Positions 58,851 to 64,000 of a stretch of 64,000 nt of DNA are shown here, one piece after another. The notes beneath the pieces were generated by a model, which made no database searches, was not told the DNA's origin, and saw only the letters and a program-made list of their open reading frames with translations. Every line of letters starts with the position of its first letter. Position 1 is the stretch's first letter. The stretch comes from Azolla caroliniana. Lineage: Eukaryota > Plantae > Polypodiophyta. The stretch spans positions 1,426,001-1,490,000 of the forward strand of contig JBHGNT010000008.1 in NCBI GenBank assembly GCA_043228905.1, read 5' to 3'. The position numbers and the translations under genes are program-made.

Positions 58851-61800
58851 GACTGTTGCGAGTGAGGGTTGCAATAGTCCCATTATTAAAACACCCTCAT
58901 ATAGGGCATTACAACATATGAATAAGTCATTTCATGTTTCTGAAAGTGGTGCTATATGTGTGACTAGGATGTATGAATGCAAGAGGAACTTGAAAAAGAA
59001 TGCTAATTTGTTTCAGCAGGCATTGAAGGATAATGGAGTACTTGAAATGGAAGAGCAGATTGAAAGTGTTATGGAAGAAATTTCTTTTGCAAATACTTTA
59101 GAAGAGTTAGAAATGTATTTGAAAGAAGATGATGAGAATGTTAGAAAGATACATGTAAACTCAATTGATATGTATTATGAGATTGATAGGTATAATTGTA
59201 AATATGAAGAAGTAGAAAGTTTATGTAATACAAAATACAAAACAATAGATAAAAAGGTCAAACCTGCTGCAGTACCATTACCTATTGGTAGTGAAGAGAA
59301 GATGGAGGCAGCAGCAACCGAGCCTATGCTTCGACCAATAGAGAAGATCGGACATCACTTCACTTCGGAGACAATAAATAACTTGAGAATCGGAAGGGGT
59401 GAATTTCTTCTGCAATCAGAGATCGTGACTTTCAAAGAAATGATCTTTAGGCATGGGAAAGCGTTCGCATTCAAAGCTGAGGAGATTGATTGTGTAAATC
59501 CAAAGGTGGTGACGCCAATGGTAATATTTACTATCCCTCATATTCCTTGGAATTTTAAACCTATTGCAGTACCGAGAGCTCGATTACCTCAATTGTTGGA
59601 GTTGTTGAAGGATAAAGTCAAGATGAAGATTTTAGAGCCTTCAAATGCACCATACTCCAATAGATGGTTCACAGTTCCAAAGAAAGATGGTTCTCTAAGA
59701 TTCATTCAAGATCTACAACCAGTCAACAAAGTCACAATCCGAAATGCGGGAATCGGACCGATCGTTGATGAATTTGCGGAAGCGTTTGCTGGAAGAGCGA
59801 TTTACTCTATGGGAGACCTATATTCAGGATACGACCAATTTCAACTAGCAATTGATAGTCGCAACATCACAACAATGAAAACACCAATTGGGTTGGTTCG
59901 AATGTGCACTCTACCTCAAGGTGCGACGAATTCAGTTGCTCATATGATGAATGCAATGAACAAAGTTCTACATGAATACATCCCAAAGGTAACTATGCCA
60001 TTTTTAGATGATATTCCTATTAAGGGATGCTTAGAAAGAGAGAAAGATGAGACTATGGTTGGAAATGGTTGCAGAAAGTTTGTGATGGACCACATTAATG
60101 ACTGTGAAAGTATTTTAAATAAGCTTGAGCAGGTACATTTGACACTATCAGGAACAAAGTCTTGCTTTGGGCAAAACGAAGTTCTAATAGTTGGTCATAT
60201 GTGTGGGTGGTATGGGAGGAAGCCTTCACCGATCAAAATTAACGCAATACAAAATATGAAGGAAGTTTGCGACTCGGTAACAGAGGTGAGAAGATTTTTG
60301 GGTGCTTGTGTGTTTTATCATATTTGGTTACCACACTTTGCACATGTCTCAGATCCTCTCTACCAACTTTTAAGAAAAGGAAGGAAGTTTATTTGGACTG
60401 ATGAACATACACAAGTTGTTCAACAGCTGAAAGAAGCATTATTGAAAGCACCAGTTCTTCGTCAACCAGACTACAAAGGTGAAAGACCAATTATAGTAAC
60501 AGTTGATACTAGCCCAATCGGGATCGGTTGGGTTATCAACCAAGAAGATGAAGACCAACATCGATATGCTATCAGATTTGGAGCAAAGATATTAAATGAA
60601 AGACAAAGAAACTATGCACAAGTTAAACGAGAATTGTGGGGTTTGCTTACTGCATTAAAAACAGATAGAGATTACTTGATCGGAGCAGATGTAGTGGTTG
60701 AAACGGATTGTTTGCCACTCATTGGAATGATAGCAAGTTGCACGACACCAGATATTGCAATGCTTCGGTGGATTGCATACATCAGAACCATGAACCCAGA
60801 ATTGTGGCATATAAAGGGAAAAGACAACCCAGTTGCAGATATGCTGTCAAGGGCAAGGTTCATAAATGAAAAGGTGATGCAAACTGAAGATAAGAACTGG
60901 GCAACTACAAGCCATCAATTTGCTCATCAAGAATCTATTACGCCTCATGATGAGTTTAATGTAAGTATAATGTTCAAAGACACAGAGTATGAAGGTCAAT
61001 GGTTAGAAATAGGAAATTTTCTAAAGACTCAAGAAGCCAACCCATCATGGTCGAAGAAACAATTAAATGAATTTCGAAGACGAGCATTCAAGTTTTTTTT
61101 ACATGAAGGGCATTTATGGAGGCATCCAAAAAGGCCAACCGAAAATCCTCTTCGAGTCATTTGTAAGGATGACATTAAGAGAAAATTAATTAATGAATTC
61201 CATGATAGTTTGTGGGCAGGACATAGAGGCATATGGGCAACATTTATGAAGTTGAAAGAAAAGTATTGGTGGCCACATATGTATAAAGATGTAACGAAAT
61301 TTGTGGAAACCTGTGAGGTTTGCCAGAGGTATTCAACTATTCGGTATCGAGATGAGCTAAAACCAACATATTCATCATCAATGCATTATAAATGGATGGT
61401 TGATCTAGTGACAATGCCACTTGGGGAAGGTCAAATGCGATATTTAGTACTAGCAAGAGAAGACCTTACAAACCAAGTAGAAGGAAGACCACTACGACAA
61501 AAAACAACTAGAGCTGTATGTAAATTTTTGTTAGAAGATGTAATATGTCGTTACGGGTGTGTTGGTAAAATAATTGTAGATAGAGGAGAACTCGACTCTG
61601 ATGAAGCTAGAGAATTCTTCAGCCGAATAGGGGTCAAATTATCACTTACAACTGCGTATAATCCAGAAGCCAATGGAAAGATTGAAAGAGGACATAGCCC
61701 AATAGTTAAGGCGATCGTGAAAAGCTGTAAAGGTAAAATAAGAGATTGGCCACGCATGCTACCTTATGCACTATGGGCAGATCGAACAACTCATAGTTCA

Positions 61801-62301
61801 GTAACAGGATACATGCCAGCTGAATTGATACTTGGTCAAAAGCCCATCATGCCGATAGAAGAATCAATTATGTCATGGATATCTATTCCATGGAGAGAAG
61901 AGGTGAGCAGAGAAGAATTACTTGCATTGCGAATTCAACAATTAGAGCGTCGACCTGAAGATATAGAAATCGCAGCCCAACGATTGAAGGAGGCTCGACT
62001 AAAGAATAAAATCCGTTTTGATAAAACTCATAGAATTCGACCTAAGAAAATAGAAGAAGGAGATTGGGTGCTCGTGTATGATAGCAGTTTAGATAATCAA
62101 CATAGCACCGTCCGCAAGTTTGCTGAAAGATGGTTTGGGCCTTATATAGTAAGAAAAGTATATGATAACTTTACTTATAAGCTTAGTGAATTGGATGGGA
62201 CACTAATCCTAAACGTGGTAGCTGGAAAGAGGATAAAAGTATTTAAGAAAAGGTTTGAGCTTGAACCTCCTCCAATAGATCAACATGAAGATGAAAGATA
62301 G
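58771..62301 (+). CDS. pol: K RT-RNase H-integrase ORF (start uncertain)
   Basis: DLYSGYDQ, PFLDDIP, VDTSP, GHRG..CEVC and WFGPY motifs; intact; +1 frame relative to gag. Confidence 0.93.
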   Translation: MRGTSKSFVIIQYQKTMMILIIRFLTRTVASEGCNSPIIKTPSYRALQHMNKSFHVSESGAICVTRMYECKRNLKKNANLFQQALKDNGVLEMEEQIESVMEEISFANTLEELEMYLKEDDENVRKIHVNSIDMYYEIDRYNCKYEEVESLCNTKYKTIDKKVKPAAVPLPIGSEEKMEAAATEPMLRPIEKIGHHFTSETINNLRIGRGEFLLQSEIVTFKEMIFRHGKAFAFKAEEIDCVNPKVVTPMVIFTIPHIPWNFKPIAVPRARLPQLLELLKDKVKMKILEPSNAPYSNRWFTVPKKDGSLRFIQDLQPVNKVTIRNAGIGPIVDEFAEAFAGRAIYSMGDLYSGYDQFQLAIDSRNITTMKTPIGLVRMCTLPQGATNSVAHMMNAMNKVLHEYIPKVTMPFLDDIPIKGCLEREKDETMVGNGCRKFVMDHINDCESILNKLEQVHLTLSGTKSCFGQNEVLIVGHMCGWYGRKPSPIKINAIQNMKEVCDSVTEVRRFLGACVFYHIWLPHFAHVSDPLYQLLRKGRKFIWTDEHTQVVQQLKEALLKAPVLRQPDYKGERPIIVTVDTSPIGIGWVINQEDEDQHRYAIRFGAKILNERQRNYAQVKRELWGLLTALKTDRDYLIGADVVVETDCLPLIGMIASCTTPDIAMLRWIAYIRTMNPELWHIKGKDNPVADMLSRARFINEKVMQTEDKNWATTSHQFAHQESITPHDEFNVSIMFKDTEYEGQWLEIGNFLKTQEANPSWSKKQLNEFRRRAFKFFLHEGHLWRHPKRPTENPLRVICKDDIKRKLINEFHDSLWAGHRGIWATFMKLKEKYWWPHMYKDVTKFVETCEVCQRYSTIRYRDELKPTYSSSMHYKWMVDLVTMPLGEGQMRYLVLAREDLTNQVEGRPLRQKTTRAVCKFLLEDVICRYGCVGKIIVDRGELDSDEAREFFSRIGVKLSLTTAYNPEANGKIERGHSPIVKAIVKSCKGKIRDWPRMLPYALWADRTTHSSVTGYMPAELILGQKPIMPIEESIMSWISIPWREEVSREELLALRIQQLERRPEDIEIAAQRLKEARLKNKIRFDKTHRIRPKKIEEGDWVLVYDSSLDNQHSTVRKFAERWFGPYIVRKVYDNFTYKLSELDGTLILNVVAGKRIKVFKKRFELEPPPIDQHEDER

Positions 62302-63466
62302 TGGCACATGCCGGAGGATGTGCAGGTCTAGAGGGGGTGGATGTCGTGAAGTACGAAAGCTTCACATTAAAAGTCTACAATAAGATAAATACGTAATGAA
62401 AATAACATTTGATAATGTTTTATATATAAAGATAATATTAACAACACATATGATAATATTATATATATGTAAAGAAAAATAATATATATATATAGATAAA
62501 TATATTATATTACACGAATAAGAGAGGACTTGAACCAATAACCCCACCCTATGACTCTCAAATCTTACCATTTACTCTATACTAGTAATATACATAAAAT
62601 AAAGCATACTTTATATATACTTTATATTACATAAAGGATTTGCTTCATGATATAAAAATAAAGTTCTATGTTGTATTCAATAGCATTTTGAGACTCGAAC
62701 CCACAACCTCATACACCAAAGTTGACACACCTACCATTAGGATAGGCCCTTTCTCTTTAAGATTATGTTTTCATGTTTATTGTTATTGCATATATTGTTT
62801 CATACATAAAAGCTCAAATGAGCGAGATGTTTATCATGCATCACATGTAATGCATGAACGCCAAATGGCGATCATGCATCACATGCATTTCATGCACTAC
62901 ATGCATGATTTGTACCCTCCAATGCATCATATGCATGGGGGCACCTATTTAAATGGTGAAAGAGAAGATCAAAGGGGGATATGTATGAGATATCAATCAA
63001 ATTATGTATTACATAAGAGATACCATAAAATAGAGAAAGAAAGGAAGAAGTTCAAGAGAAAGGTGGAGCTCTAGCTTGGCGGTCGTGGTGGTCAACTCTC
63101 AACAAGAGGGAGGCGGTTCGAGCCTTATCTTCATCAAAATATTGAAGCGAAGATTGTAGTGGTCTACGATCAAGAAAGAGAAGAGCGATTACCTTGCAAG
63201 ACAAAGTTCGGAGGTTCAATGACGTGAACAACTACTTTTGTAACTCTTTCATCAAATAATTATAAATCTCTTTTATTGCTTCAAATATCATTCTATATCC
63301 TATCTTGTCATATCTTGTTGATCACTATTTATCTATCTCTACTCTTTCCTCTCTTCCGTCCATAATCCCAGTGATTCCTTCCTCACTTTCACGATATCTT
63401 TTGTCTACGCAACGCTACGCTTCTAGGCGAGCCACGCCACGCCCACTTCCCATTGCTCATCCAACA

Positions 63467-63720
63467 AGGTCTTCCAAGATCTGGTACGCCCCCGGAGGAA
63501 TTGATCATGGATATATGGTTAACGATTATTAGCTGCCTACGAGGGCAATTGGACAAGGTTTGCAGCCACTCTAACGACGTGATCACTGCTCATTTGCGCT
63601 TCTAGCAGAAATGACGAAACATGCCGATAGTGACACAAGGGGGAAACAACCCGAGGTGGAACTACCAGCCCCCACATTGGTTGTTTCCTATTCACCTCCC
63701 ACCCTCCCTTCGTTGTAGGC
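63467..63720 (+). pseudogene. Continuation of the LINE ORF2 C-terminus
   Basis: Joins 36428 across the H TSD: WKAHCRKVFQDLVRP..ELIMDIW...RWNYQPPHWLFP. Confidence 0.7.
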
Positions 63721-64000
63721 CACAGGATCCAGCTCATACTAGCCGGTGATGAAGGGCATTAGTTTATAGCTATAGGTACCTACTTACATTAAGTAGTCAG
63801 TTTGAAAGGATATGTACGTAGTCTCATATTCTTGAAATTGATCGAAGGGTAATTCCTCGATTTATGTATAAGACACCTTGTATATAGTCTTTTTGTAATA
63901 ATCTCTCCTCACAAATGGGAAAGTAAATTTTTTTTGAAAAAAAAACTTTCCTTCCTACTTAGTGTTTACGATATTTAAATTTTGCCTAGATTTTCTATAA

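Larger units (their letters stand above)
55506..63441 (+). mobile_element. Very young Gypsy K with 1.1-kb LTRs, inserted in the 3' LTR of H
   Basis: LTRs 55506-56608 and 62342-63441 appear identical; PPT GAGGGGGTGGA; PBS 56614-56631. Confidence 0.97.
36429..63466 (+). mobile_element. Old Copia H expanded to 27 kb by nested insertions
   Basis: 5' LTR 36429-36632; PBS 36634-36644; 3' LTR 55342-63466 split by K; TSD AGGTT/AGGTC. gag starts at 37133 and RH ends at 55222, in pieces. Confidence 0.92.

Overview
Plant nuclear repeat region with no recognisable host gene. A TTTAGGG repeat and Tcn1-like/fungal-type Gypsy lineages suggest a non-seed plant such as a fern or lycophyte (inference). The window is almost entirely nested transposons, resolved by LTR ends, PBS/PPT and target-site duplications (TSDs). 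Copia: A 1-1624(-); a deletion derivative 1625-2459; B 2650-8430; C 2460-12560(-) fused to D 12561-14751; F 17836-22844 with an intact ORF; H 36429-63466. Gypsy: E ~15180-23366; G 24147-34183(-); I 38315-44904; J 47868-52710(-); K 55506-63441 with intact ORFs. There are also several solo LTRs, a hAT MITE, a fold-back mini-element and an L1-like LINE remnant. Most unusual signals: tRNA-like Pol III A/B-box modules in several Gypsy-type LTRs; a fossilised 18-nt tRNA-primer copy at the end of G; a (GGTTTAG)3 capture with a 17-bp duplication; a capsid-less young chromovirus; a promoter-less but TSD-perfect Copia; and a large extra ORF in G. All comparisons were made by eye; no alignment or database search was run.
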